This document shows positions 22,401 through 34,410 of a stretch of 64,000 bases of DNA, in pieces. The notes under the pieces were generated by a model. It saw nothing but the letters and a program-made list of their open reading frames with translations. It had not been told where the DNA came from and ran no database searches. Source of the DNA: Bugula neritina (Eukaryota; Animalia; Bryozoa); contig OZ037771.1 in NCBI GenBank assembly GCA_964035545.1, positions 6,233,190 through 6,297,189 on the forward strand. The letters run 5' to 3'. The position numbers and the translations under genes are program-made. Within the stretch, counting starts at the first letter, position 1. Each line of letters begins with the position of its first letter.

Positions 22401-24726
22401 AGGTTTGCAGTCTTTTAATGATGTGCTTGAAAATTATCAAGCATTTTTTTAATTCAAATTGTTCTGTTTAATTCAATAAATTTAAACGTTGATGAAATGC
22501 AGGATCACAATTAACTGCTGCCATAATAGTACTACAAGAGTGTTTAGCCAACTAAATTTTTGTAATATAACTGGGTATAATTTCTAATCAAGCTACCGTT
22601 TCCTTTTGTTATTTAAAAAAAGTCAACATTGTACTTTCAGCTCTGGAATAGACAATAAGTGGGTAGATTGGCAGGATGGAGGTCAAGTAGCAGCATCTCT
22701 AATTGCTAGAAAATCAGCTGATGATAGTGATGAAGCTTTTGCCACATACATGATGTTATGTGTCCATACTCCGTAAACTCATATTATGAAGACCAAGAAA
22801 GTAGAAAGATGAAAAGTGCCTTCTTTGCAAAAACCGTAGAAGCTATCTAATTTTCTTTTCTTGATAAGAGTTAATTCAAGCATAATGGTTGTATCCAGGC
22901 TGGATTTTTTACTGCATTTAATTGGTTTTTTAAAATAATGTATTTGATGTTTTAAATGTGAATATTAATGCCTAATAAAACTCAAAAGTTCTAATAGCTG
23001 ATTTTATGTTTATATTTTCAACATTTCGGCCAAATCAATTGCTAAATTTAGTTGCCGTTAGAGATTATAAAGATATTTATGAATGAACCTCGCATAATCT
23101 CATAATATTCAAATAATTTTCTCATAAGTGTTCTACTCATTTAGCAATAATTATGAAACAGCACAGCTCAATAGCTGCAGTTTGATATATTACACAATAT
23201 ATTAGAGGAAAGAGAGATATTCAATGTATAAGAGGAAGCAGCTGCCATTTTGTTTTATGTGATTTCCTGCTGACTTGGATGCCTAATTTAAATATCTCAA
23301 CACACAAACTTGCTGAAACATCCTCTTCTTTGCTGGAACTGTTAAACCTTTCAACCATTAAACAAAGTAAAAAGCGAATTGACAAATAAATTCGACAAAA
23401 AGTTTGGCGGCCATATTTGACCTAATTTTATGTTGAGGCAGCATGAAATTTAGTTTAACAGAAAGCCCAAACTTTCACAATTATTTTGATACCAAATTTG
23501 TCACTATTCCTATTATACAAAGACCCGTTGCTAAGGCTTGTAAATTGTAAACAAATAATTCTCAACTTATTCTAGAGTTGCCAACTTTAAACGCGATTTT
23601 CTCGAAACAGTAATTTAGAAATTCTAAAAACGTTCAAGTTTTTAAATACTGATATCTCGAGTTCTATTGATGCTAGAGACTTCAAATAAAGTGCAAAATG
23701 TTTGGAAAAGTCTGCTCTATCACTCCATAATAATAACTAGGTTTCCAACATTTTATATACATCCCTTGTTTTGTGGTGCCAGGTCACATATATTGTTACC
23801 TGAATATGTGCATCAATGTTACATTTTGTAACTGGAGCAGTGGTTATGGCACCATGTCAACAATATGTCTATTAAGCAGTACTAACTGCACATTGCTAAC
23901 ATAATGTATTACTAATATATTACCAACATAATGGATTAGATGGATTGGATTGCTACTGAGAGTTAATTTAAGTTTTTTTTTTCGATTTTATTTGAATCGC
24001 TACAACCAAACTGCATTTTTGGAAAACCCACAGAAGATTCTGTTTAATAAGATTGAGGAACCTAATCCAAGTTATCCCTGTACACTTGTCTGCAATATTT
24101 AATTTATTTACAAAACTTGTTTTTACAGCCAGTGAATGTTTAGCTAAAGGCAAGTCAGGGAATCACAGTTTCACTCTAGTGGCTAACTACAGTAACATCA
24201 TACCATATGCTGAACACGTGTGGGTCAAGGCCAAACAGATGTACACAGAGAAAGCTTACATTCACTGGTATTACAAACATGGCTTATGTCAGGTAATGCA
24301 TTGCAATAGAAGTAGCATGTGCTTGAATACATGTCATGTTGGAGAATATTTTAATGTAAGGATATATTTTGCTTTAAGGTACAGCAGTTGCTACCCAAGT
24401 GTGACATACTGTGACCAAATTCTAAATAAAATTTAATCTAATTTCAAGTGTTGCACTTCATCATTGCACATATTTCAGCCTCACTTGTGTACCTCATGTG
24501 CAATTCTAATGATTTAATTTAAATTATAGCAATTCATTTCTTAAAAGCCGGTATTCAATAACTCACAATATGTTTAATACTCGTATGTTAGATACACATC
24601 ATGTTTTGTAGTTACTGCAGCATGAGTAAATGCATTTACCTACTCTGTCAATTTTAGGACTATTTTGAAGAGGCTTTCAGCACTGTGGAAGACATCATTC
24701 AAGGTTATACTGATGCTGTGAGATAG
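16425..24726 (+). CDS. Zeta/eta-type ('cryptic') tubulin, delta/zeta subgroup, 10 exons, 441 aa
   Basis: Exons 16425-16561, 17245-17370, 17840-17910, 17998-18067, 18497-18697, 19147-19323, 19440-19605, 19874-20018, 24129-24292, 24658-24726; 1326 nt, in frame. Motifs VGQCGNQIG, IMIDTESKVI, GKRGRGNNWALGY, SLCGGTGGGLGS, GDTPLQHYNALLSL, WNPFPVD, KAYIHWY. RGRGNNWA and PLQHYN match zeta rather than delta (GSGNNWA, VIVQNYN). Confidence 0.9.
18112..18316 (-). mobile_element. Full-length tRNA-derived SINE in tubulin intron 4, antisense to host
   Basis: Minus strand: A box TGGTCTAGTGG, B box GGTTCGAATCC, core GGCCATTGGTGATGTTAGGAAGGGC, tail GTGACTATAATC. Confidence 0.9.
20259..23788. mobile_element. 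~3.5-kb non-autonomous DNA transposon with ~30-bp imperfect TIRs flanked by TA, filling most of tubulin intron 8
   Basis: Left TA|TGTGACCAGTCGCGACAAAACCGGGGATGT; right ACATCCCTTGTTTTGTGGTGCCAGGTCACA|TA. No intact transposase seen inside. Confidence 0.75.
21033..21514. repeat. Two abutting long inverted repeats (21033-21197 and 21195-21514)
   Basis: Arms such as CAAGTTTTAAGAGCAAAGGCGAAACTCAGAGTCAGACTCAAATAC / GTATTTGAGTCTGACTCTGAGTTTCGCCTTTGCTCTTAAAACTTG are exact reverse complements. Confidence 0.92.
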
Positions 24727-25212
24727 CTCTCTTGGTATTTTTCAGTCTCGTAGTCATGTCTTGACCTGTAACCTACTTGTATTATAATGTATAGTGAGTA
24801 GACATTCACACAATTTAAATTGCTTTTGGTATATTTCTATTTTTATTTTGGAAGTATTGTTTAAAATTAATAATAGTATTATAAAAGTTTAACATTTAAG
24901 TAATTAATTACTTGTATATTGCACAATGATTTGACCCAACTAGAATAATAAGAAAATATGCCAATTTTGATTCCATAAAATAGTAAGGTTTGCATTTTAA
25001 AAAGTACAAATAAAACGTACTGAGTATATTTGTCTGAGAATGTAAACTGTAATGTCCAACAGTAACAATAACAAATGAGAAGTAATGAGTATTTGAGTAA
25101 GTTCCATGATGTCCATAGTATATAACACCTGGTAAACATGATAGACAGATCCATGTATGTGATGTGTGAGGAAAGCTAAATGTCATCCTCGGTATGAACC
25201 TGATAAACGTAG

Positions 25213-28200
25213 TTAGCAGTCTTCAAAATTCTCTGTTGCAACTTTTTCACCATCTCTAAAATAATATGATGAAAATAATATTATATTTCATTGTTTATTA
25301 TATAAACACAGGTTAGTAAGAGAACTAGTCATCCAACTGTAACCAGTGGCCCACCATGACCACTAACATCTGGCAGTTATCTAGAAGCTAGTGTGGTAGA
25401 CAAGGATACAGCCAGGTTCACTGTTGATCATGTAGTATTTATTACATGCAAATGTACAAATCGCATGGAAATTAGTAAAAACAGCATCAACAAACAGAAA
25501 CTCAACAAAATAAAATGCATAACACATTTCCGGCATCTTTCTCAACAAAAATAACAGAAAACCAGCAAGCAACCATTTTTCCAATCACTCAGCTGCTAGG
25601 ATGACTTCTCAATAGTTACTAGATGGTTTTGGCACATAAGATATATGACAAATACCCGCACTCTACTTTCTACACAAATGATAAATGCATTTTAATATAC
25701 AATATTCTTTTAACTACAGTGCTCCCTCCGTTGTGTGGCTTATGTATGTGTGTATAAGGACAAAATGACCAAATTTAACGGATGCATCAGCTTAATCTGG
25801 TATTGCACTACGTCACGAATCAAGGTTTCCAGACCCATAGCTTAGTGAGATATAGAGGGAGCACTATTAAATACAAGAAAGTTTCCGCCAGTCACTCTTG
25901 TAATATTAGAATTAGAAAGACAGTGACGCTTGCCTGTAAATAGCACCAGAACCTGTACAGTCACCATTAGGTGGGTCATCGTAACAAGCTGTGTACCGAT
26001 ACTCTTGATCATCACAGTCAGCACCATCTATAGCAACCTCGGAGTTAATTAGACTAGACACTATGTCTCCATATTGCACTGTTTGCAGACCATCGTTCGT
26101 TAAAGAGGCAGACGCATTTCTCTGTGAAACAATAAGCAGTATAGCATCAGGTGTATAGTATCAGGTGTATAGTATCAGGTGTATAGTATCAGGTGTATAG
26201 TATCAGGTGTACAGTATCAGGTGAATAGTATCAGGTGTATAGTATCAGGTGTATAGTATCAGGTGTATAGTATCAGGTGTATAGTATCAGGTACATGGTA
26301 TCAGGTGAATAGTATCAGGTGTATAGTATCAGGTGTATAGTATCAGGTGTATAGTATCAGGTGTATAGTATCAGGTACATGGTATCAGGTGAATAGTATC
26401 AGGTGTATAGTATCAGGTGTATAGTATCAGGTGTATAGTATCAGGTGTATAGTATCAGGTGTATAGTATCAGGTGTATAGTATCAGGTACATGGTAAAGT
26501 ATCACAGGGAGCAGCCGTGGTCTAGGGGTTGGAGTGTTTGGCTTAGTAAACACAAAGTCATGGATTCAAACCCTGGTAAAGGCCATTGGTGATATTAGGA
26601 AGAGCATTCAGTCATAATTGCTCCTGTGCCACATATAAATAAGTCCTTAGCTCACTTTAAAAACCCTTTCCACCAGGGGTTCTCACAAGGATAGTGACTA
26701 TAAACTTGCATGAGTAGAGTATTACCTGTGAACGCTGTATATAATTCTCCCGATGACCTCGTCCTGCATCCACTTCCTGGAAGTGAGATATCATGCAGAG
26801 TTCACAGTATATCTGCAACATACACATCTCTGAAAGTAAGATATGACACAGCACATCTAGAATAAGCATGTAGACAGCCGTAGTCTAAGGGTTAGAGCAC
26901 TGGTTTAGTAAAACACAAGGTCAAGTGGTTAGAATCTCAGTAAAGGCCATGGGTGATGTTAGGAAGGGCATTCAGTCATAATTTCTCTTTTGCCACAACC
27001 TCTGGTTTCTATTGCTTCGAATGGATCTTATGGAAAAATTTGTGGTTGTCGTCTGCATTAACTTATGGTAGTGGTTTCATTTGATGCAACTGTTCTCAAA
27101 CATCTAATGAAAAATCCATTTGCATAATACAAAAACTAGTCCTTAGCCAACTTAAAAAAGACCTTTTCTCCAGGGGTTCTCACAGGGATGGTGACTATAA
27201 ACACACGTGAGTTCGTATCTATAATCGGTATATACAACACATACTGCTAAGCTAGTAGAAGTGAGAACTCTTACATTAACAAGAGAGACAATGAACCACA
27301 CGAGTAGAGCAGCTATCACACCCTCCTCGAATCCAGTCACTAGAATTTGAGTTATAATGGAAGACGCATCCAACGCAGTAAGCATGGCCACCATCACAGC
27401 CCATGGTATCATCAGTATTTTATTCTCCTGTAAGCAACAAGCAAAATTACTGTAAAATTACCAACATATTATAATCACTGCATTTCCATGACTCTGAGAA
27501 TGGATGCTCGCATGGATGAGCTTGTGATTGCAGTTTGCATTAACTTATGGTTTCGGTTTCATTCGTTGCAACTGTTTTCAAACATCAATTGAAAAATCCA
27601 TTAGTATAATGTGAAACTTGGAAACCTAGTGACTGGCAAACTATTGTAGCAATAGCAGCATTACACTTTCTCCCTACCAATTAGAGCTTTTTAGTTGAAC
27701 CCGACTCAGTTGGTATTTAATAAGATATTTTGTACATCAAGTTCAATGTGCATTAATCAGTTTTTACCATGATTGGGAATCATTTTCAAATCAATGTTTT
27801 CAGCTAGAATCATAAAAACTAAGGATTAATTTATATGTGCATAATGAACAACGTGTTTCTGCACTCTATGCTTGGACCAGTTCCTACATGACTGTTGAAT
27901 AGTGGAATATATATTTGTGGTAGTTGTCTTCTCAATCTCCAGCATAGTTTTACTAGCAGTGCATAAGTTTCTGGTTCATCTGCTGAACCACAATTATCTA
28001 GATTATTTTTACAATGGCTCACTTTAACCTTTGTTTGCTTTTAAGTATAACGTGACCTTTATTCAACTACCATAATATTTCAAATTATATGTCTCCATTC
28101 CTGGAAAAAATTGCAAAAGAATTAAAAATAACTTTTATTGCTGCTTTTCGTTAAAAAGACTGCAATTCTATAAGATTTCATGAACTATAGCATTTCAAAG

Positions 28201-30123
28201 ATATTACAAAAGGTATTGGAAGAAAAAATGTAACAATGTTTTTTAAAATATGCACAATTAAAAAACTTCAGGCCAACTGCAGCCAAATTTTTTGAGTTCA
28301 CTTTAATAACATTGTTGCAGTTACTCACCTTGAATATAGCGAAAATGACTATAATAGATGTCAGGAACGTCAAAAAGGAAAAACACAGCACCACCCATAT
28401 TAGCACTTCGAGCACTAAAAAACCCATACATATTATATTACAAAAACTACACACAATAACATTCCTATGTGCAAACGATTCAATAAGTAGACAACTGCCA
28501 AATTTGGTAAAAAAAATCGTCACTTTTCAATAAAACCTACAAACACAAAAATTAAGTACAAAATATCAAAAGAAAGTAGAAAAAGCTAAACAACATTAAA
28601 CAATGATAGTTCTGTTAGTTACGTGCAATGGTGTACTAAAATGAAGCAAAGGCAACATGCAGCTTTGTAGACAGACAACTCCTACTAGCCCATCATAATA
28701 ATACAACAGTGAGGTGCTGTAGTCAATTAGTACAGGAGTATGAGCAAAAACCTCTCAACACAACCAAATGCACAAATGAGAAACAAAAGAAGATAATTTC
28801 TAAACAGCTGGTAAGTCACAGGTTATATGTAGAGTTAATAATTCATGATTTATTGCAACTCAGGACTGAATAAAGACTATCAAAGAGTGAGGGAGTAAAG
28901 AAAGTGTGAACTGATGTTGTAAACTGAGTGATTTCAAATTCATCCTGCCTATAGAGCTTGCCCAATTACAATACATTATGTTTTACATTATTAATTTACC
29001 CACGAGAAGAAATTATAGGCAGTTGTATTGTTATTGGTGCTTTATGCTTATTGCAGTGTCTGTTTGATAGCAAGTTAATCTGTTTGGAGAACTATTTATA
29101 TTTTATATATTTTAAACAATTATTCCACAAGTCAACCAATCATAACCACAGCAGCTCCAAATTATTTGTTCATAAAGAGAGTCATTTGTTTAGTAAAAAT
29201 AGGCATTTGAAACCTGCACTTGCAAGACTGGACTACAAGTTGATCTTTGACCTTTCAAATGATTCATAACAGAAACTTGTGAACATATTGTAATATAATA
29301 AGCCATAACTCTATGAATTTCAAGTAGAATTACACACTAAGACACCTAAATATGAACACTAGTACAGTATAGTAGCAACTTGTTAAGTGTAGAATGTAGT
29401 GATAGTCAACAGTATACTAATGAGTGTGCAGTAAGTTAGTACTTATTAGCTAATCTAGTGGCTGGTTAAACAATATGCACAACACCTGGAAATACAGTAC
29501 CTATGTCCTTGACATCGCGTAACGATGTATCAGCATCTTCAAATTTGAACTTCACAAGACACAAGACGCTGATACTCAAAACATAAACACACCATACCTG
29601 TAGGATACAGGCAGTGCTTTCTGTAACCAAGGCCAGACACTATATTTACACACATCTATCAACATCTTAAGTTAAAGTGGATGACAATAATCAGTCACAA
29701 AATCTACTCTAAATAATGCTTAGAAAGTAATACTGAAACACAAGACTGAGAATAAATGCCTTTGGTTTGCCTATGAGTTTATTCTAAAAGAAATGTAGAA
29801 AGTCATGGTTGAGTAGTTTGAATGGCTTCTGGGCAATATAAGAGTTTAGAGCTGAAATGGGCAGTGCATGTCACTCCCCATCTTAGCAGTAGGGAGCAGC
29901 AAGGCTATGGAGTGTAAAGAATGCTTCTAGTAAGAAGTATGTGATCATAGTTCAGCTTTAAGTCAGCAACAACATTGGGCAGCGAAAAGATATACAAGAG
30001 AGCTTTAAGCAATCTTTACTCAAAGACATTAAGTACTGGCGTACTTACAAGAGACCAAATACCGGCAACAATTGAACCAGCCTTCAAGTTCCTGGAGAAA
30101 CAGCAGCGCTTTATTAGAGCCAT
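25213..30123 (-). CDS. Four-TM membrane protein, pasiflora/LAPTM-like (paralog A), about 235-242 aa; last exon uncertain
   Basis: Exons 30123-30049 (MALIKRCCFSRNLKAGSIVAGIWSL), 29597-29501, 28414-28329, 27427-27275 (LMIPW), 26812-26726 (IYCELCMISHFQEVDAGRG), 26121-25934. It then either reads through to TAA at 25912 or uses a GC donor to exon 25255-25213. Four hydrophobic segments; same intron phases as paralog B. Confidence 0.85.
26137..26495. repeat. 14-bp minisatellite (TAGTATCAGGTGTA), about 25 units
   Basis: Tandem units visible; periodic GTACATG and GTGAA variants suggest block duplications. Confidence 0.95.
26507..26714 (+). mobile_element. Full-length tRNA-derived SINE, antisense to host
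   Basis: GGGAGCAGCCGTGGTCTAGGGGTT (A box), GGATTCAAACCC (B box), shared core and tail. Confidence 0.9.
26872..27211 (+). mobile_element. tRNA-derived SINE interrupted by a ~130-bp insertion
   Basis: Aligns to the family up to TTGCCAC (~26996) and resumes at ~27127 (AAAACTAGTCCTTAGCC...GTGACTATAAAC). Confidence 0.85.
27020..27120. mobile_element. ~100-bp element (family C) with AATGGAT/ATCCATT termini, nested in the SINE
   Basis: Shares TGCATTAACTTATGGT..GGTTTCATT...GCAACTGTT.TCAAACATC with 27499-27602. Confidence 0.65.
27499..27602. mobile_element. ~100-bp element (family C), second copy
   Basis: Similar to 27020-27120, with the same short inverted termini. Confidence 0.65.
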
Positions 30124-31794
30124 TTATATAAACATCAACTTCATGGTTAGCAGCCAAACCCAGGCCGGTAACTAATTAGTTCTAAAATAAAAATATGGGC
30201 ATTTCAAGCCTTAAATAAATTACAAAAACATAAAATTAAAACAATTAGAATAAACAACTTCTAAAAGTTTAAAAAGAGTATTTAGATGTTTGAAGAGATT
30301 CGGGTTTTTTAAAGAAAATCTAGCCAATGAGCTGTTGACTAGAGCGGTTATAGCCCAAAAAATTCTGTTAATATTAACATTAGTCAATATTTTAGTTTCT
30401 ATTAATCGTGATTTATTAGACTTTGTTTAGAAATCATGTATGCAATGATAGTTGGTATTTGATAACAGAATTATAATTGGACATATCAGGAACTAGTTGT
30501 ATCACCACATATGTTGCGTAGCTAAAAAACATAGCTATATACACACAGTACTGACATTCTGCTGTAAACAATAAGTTGTGGAATTTTTCATGCTCATCTG
30601 TCTCTGATTATATACAGGTGGTTTTTCGTTTTATACTGTACATATGGCATTGTTAATTCAGGTTCCTGATACGAAAAGAGCCTGTAACTTTAGGGTTAGA
30701 AGTTCAATGTAGGCTTTTTGCCAAGAAAACATTGCTTATGATTTCAAATTGACAACCCACAAGATGGAGTTCAATCTTCTACTAATTTCGATGCCTGTGA
30801 TTAGTTGCATAAAATTTAATTTAAATAAATTATTGAGCCTAAAGAGTAAAATACTGAAGCAAAATTATACAACTTTTTATGCAAAGTATATCTACTGTTA
30901 CATTGACCAAGATGTCTATAGCTTTAGAATTTTAGTAACCAATCGATAATTAAGTTATAATTATTACTATAAATGAAAACAATGAAACATATAGAGAAAA
31001 CTGCATGCTGTTGCTCATTTACTAATATGTGCTACAGAGTGGCAATGCTATCTTTTCAAGGAATAAATTAAAAATTTTTTTTTAGTATTTCTTTCAACTG
31101 TCATTCATAAGATGGTCAAGTATTGATGCTACCAAACTGTGTGGTGAAGCATAATATGTAACTGACCAAGTATTTATTGAAAATTTATGAATTTTTTGTA
31201 ATAGCGTTTCCCTAAAAGAAAAATTAATATTATTTTGTAAAAGTACTCATATTTCAATTCATCATATTTGCAGTAAAATTTGCATTAGCAGTTTTGTGTT
31301 TCAAATAAAATTTTTAGCAGCACCATTTATACAGTACAATTTTACATCAGTTATGAAATAAAACTTATTAACCACGGTATAACTACAGGGCTAAGAAACT
31401 CTAGTAATTTGATATCAGCATTATCAGCATGAGTATGTCAGTATAGCTATATGACATATTTAACTTTTTAAGAATGGTCATACTCATATTGATAGTATTT
31501 TAGAGCATCAGTAAAATGAAATAAGTAAATAAACAATGCTACTAAACTCTTACACTTACAGAAATTTACTATTACCATACTAACACTATCAAACCTGAGA
31601 CCAATAGCCAATGGGTTATCATAATGATCATTATGATTATCATCATGATCAAAATAGAGATTAATATTACCCCAAACGTAAAGTAATCACCTGTTTTAAC
31701 TTTAACTTTGAAAATCAGAGTGAAAAATCATAGTTTGAACTTATAATAAATAATATTTAGATTAATAAGTAATAACTAATTCATTAGTAATTCA

Positions 31795-31989
31795 GGGGAA
31801 CAGCAGTGGTCTAAAGGTCAGAATGCTGTAGTCTAGGGGTTAGTGCTGGTTCGATCTCCAGTAAAGGTCATTGATGATGTTAGGAAGAGCATTCCAACGT
31901 AATTTCTCTCTTGCCACCATAATGAAAAAGTCCTTAGCCCACTTAAAAAGCCCTTTCCATTAGGGATGATGACTATAAATCCATGTGAG
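31795..31989 (+). mobile_element. tRNA-derived SINE copy, rearranged head, intergenic
   Basis: GGTTCGATCTCC B box, core GGTCATTGATGATGTTAGGAAGAGCATTCC, tail GACTATAAATCCATGTGAG. Confidence 0.85.
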
Positions 31990-32203
31990 TTTATTATCAT
32001 TAATTCTGTATAGCCTATAACTTATAAGTATAGGTGATAGTATAACTTTAGTCTTTACTATAACTACAAGTATAACCATTACTATTTGAGTATTAGAGTT
32101 AGCTTTAATGTAGAAATAAGTATTACTGTTAGAAATTATTAATACTGATAATAATATTAATAGAGTAATAGCAATACCTTAATACTATTGGTATTTGTTA
32201 TAG

Positions 32204-33520
32204 CAGAGGCTTCCAACTTTTTCCTACCATTCCCCATTTTATAAACGTTTACCAATAATTTCTCTTTTTGAAAAACACAATTTATATGTAATTAAAACAC
32301 CGAAATAATATAGGATACAATTTTATCTATATTTGTTTATTAGGTTTGATAATTAATAGTGACTGCAATTAATAATATTATTATGCATGTATAAAACACA
32401 CAGCAGTTCCATTAGCAATGTGATGGCTGCTGCTGATTATTTTGTGCCAGCCTGGTTAATTTTGGCTCTGTTTTTTAAAGTGCCCACCTCAAGTTACTCC
32501 GCAAGTCAAGGCAGTTTCTTCTCTATTTTTAATGGTTAGCATCAATTAGAATTTCACCTCACATAAGTAGGTGATGCTGAATGGCACCAACAGTTTTAAT
32601 GCCTTGTCAGCTATGTGTAAGGAGATTTTGCTTGTTAAAACCCAGAATCCGTCATTCCGTGAAAAATTTAAATCCTCTCTTATTGCAGAATTGTTAACTG
32701 GCTCAATGAAATCCCTCTGCAACAGAGCATTGGAATGGGTCACATGTCAAGTTAGAATCCTTTTCCTTAAATGTAGCTTATGGAATTGCTGTTCAAACTC
32801 TATTGAGAATTTGGTGATTTACTCAAAAAATTTTTGGTGAATAAGCTGGAACAAGATCTTTTCCAAATAATTCCTTGAGAGTGGGTAAGACACCATGATA
32901 ACAAGTGTCTGCCACAACTTCAGCTCAGCCTCGAAAGCATTGATGTTGCGATGAAACGACATGATATGATTGCACCCTAGCACTTTTAAGTTCAGAATCT
33001 TTAGTGCAGCAAATATATCTACTAGGTAGTCAGTATATAGTCCATAGAAATCGGCTTGCGTAGCTGCTAAAATTTGCTTTTAGCTGTTCCTTTCAAGAAA
33101 CTTTTTAACCTCCATTGGCAGTTCAAAAATTTAAACCATCATTCTTCTTTGAATGCCCACTTTCCTTTTGTGTGAAACAGCAAAGTAGTGAATACAGCAT
33201 CATTTTCCTGACATAGCGCTGTATATAGTCAAGCATTTAGTGTTGAAGCTTTAATGTATTTTACAATTTTGATGTTCCCTCTAACGTTAAACTTCTTTGC
33301 CTGTGTTAGTGTTCTAGAAGTAAGTGCATAACACTGAGTGAAGCAATGCACACATTCTATATTAGGACTTTTCTTCCTTGCCAGCTAGACAAAACCTGGT
33401 CTTGATCTCACAGCATAAAGGAGCTCTATCTATGCAAATACTTACTTTTCCCAAGTAAGCCCAGTTCCCTCAAAATACTGGTCCACAGGCTTCATCACAT
33501 CTGCAGCAGTAAGCCTGTCA
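32204..33520 (-). mobile_element. Decayed hAT (Buster/Charlie-type) transposon: C-terminal transposase pseudogene plus one TIR-like end
   Basis: Minus-strand fragments ICIDRAP (~CTDGAP), EKSPNIECVHC, LLFHTKGKW (~LLFHTEVRWLS), YLVDIF, ALKLLVPFSITYLCE (hAT dimerisation domain), with stops and frameshifts. CAGAGGCTTCCAAC at 32204 resembles hAT termini. Confidence 0.85.
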
Positions 33521-33524
33521 GAGT

Positions 33525-34410
33525 GTAATAGTAATACTAATAGTAATAATAAATCTAATACTAATACTAATAGTAATAGCAAGATAAAGATGAACACTTA
33601 TAGTTATACTATAACTATAAGTATAAATGATAGTAAATGTAACACTAATACTTATAGTAATACTAAGACAGAATTACTAATAGTAATAGAATACTAATAA
33701 TAATAATAGTACAAGTATTACAGTTACTTAGTATTACTATTACTCTTGCTTTTAGATTTATTATTAGTACTACTACTAATAGTACTAGTAGTAGTAGTTA
33801 GACTTTGACTTACTAATAGTAGGCGGAGGCTTAGTAGTACTAGTACTACACTACTGACTATTAGACTTAGTATTAAAAATCGACATAAATAAATAATAAT
33901 ATTACTAAATCTAATACTAATAGTAATTAGTAATAATAATACTAAAAGTAAAACTAAAAGCAATTCTAATACTAATAGTAATAGTAATACTAATAGTAAT
34001 ACTAATACTAATAGTAATAGCAATACTAGTACTAATAGAGTAATACTAATAGTATTAGTAATAGACATACTAATACTAATAGTTATAGTAATACTAATAC
34101 TAGTAGTATTAGTAATAGTAATACTAATAGTAATACTAATAGTAATACTAATACTAATAGTAATACTAATACTAATAGTAATACTAATAGTAATAGCAAT
34201 ACTAGTACTAATAGAGTAATAGTATTACTATTACTATTAGTATTAGTAATAGACATAGTAATACTAATAGTAATACTAATAGTAATACTAATGGTAATAG
34301 TAATACTAATAGTAATAGTAATACTAATAGTAACTAATAGTAATAGTAATACTAATAGTAATACTAAGTCTAATAGTAATACTAATAGTAAATGTAATAG
34401 CAATACTAAC
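33525..34410. repeat. Long (TAATAG/TAATAC)n periodic tract
   Basis: Nearly pure in 33950-34400; source of the spurious poly-L/V ORFs. Confidence 0.95.

Noticed and set aside
26137-26495. Regular repeat array as a possible CRISPR
   Set aside because: Head-to-tail units with no unique spacers, in a eukaryotic intron.
33724-34403. Poly-Leu/Val and ITIS ORFs resembling membrane proteins
   Set aside because: Reverse-strand reading of the TAATAS repeat.
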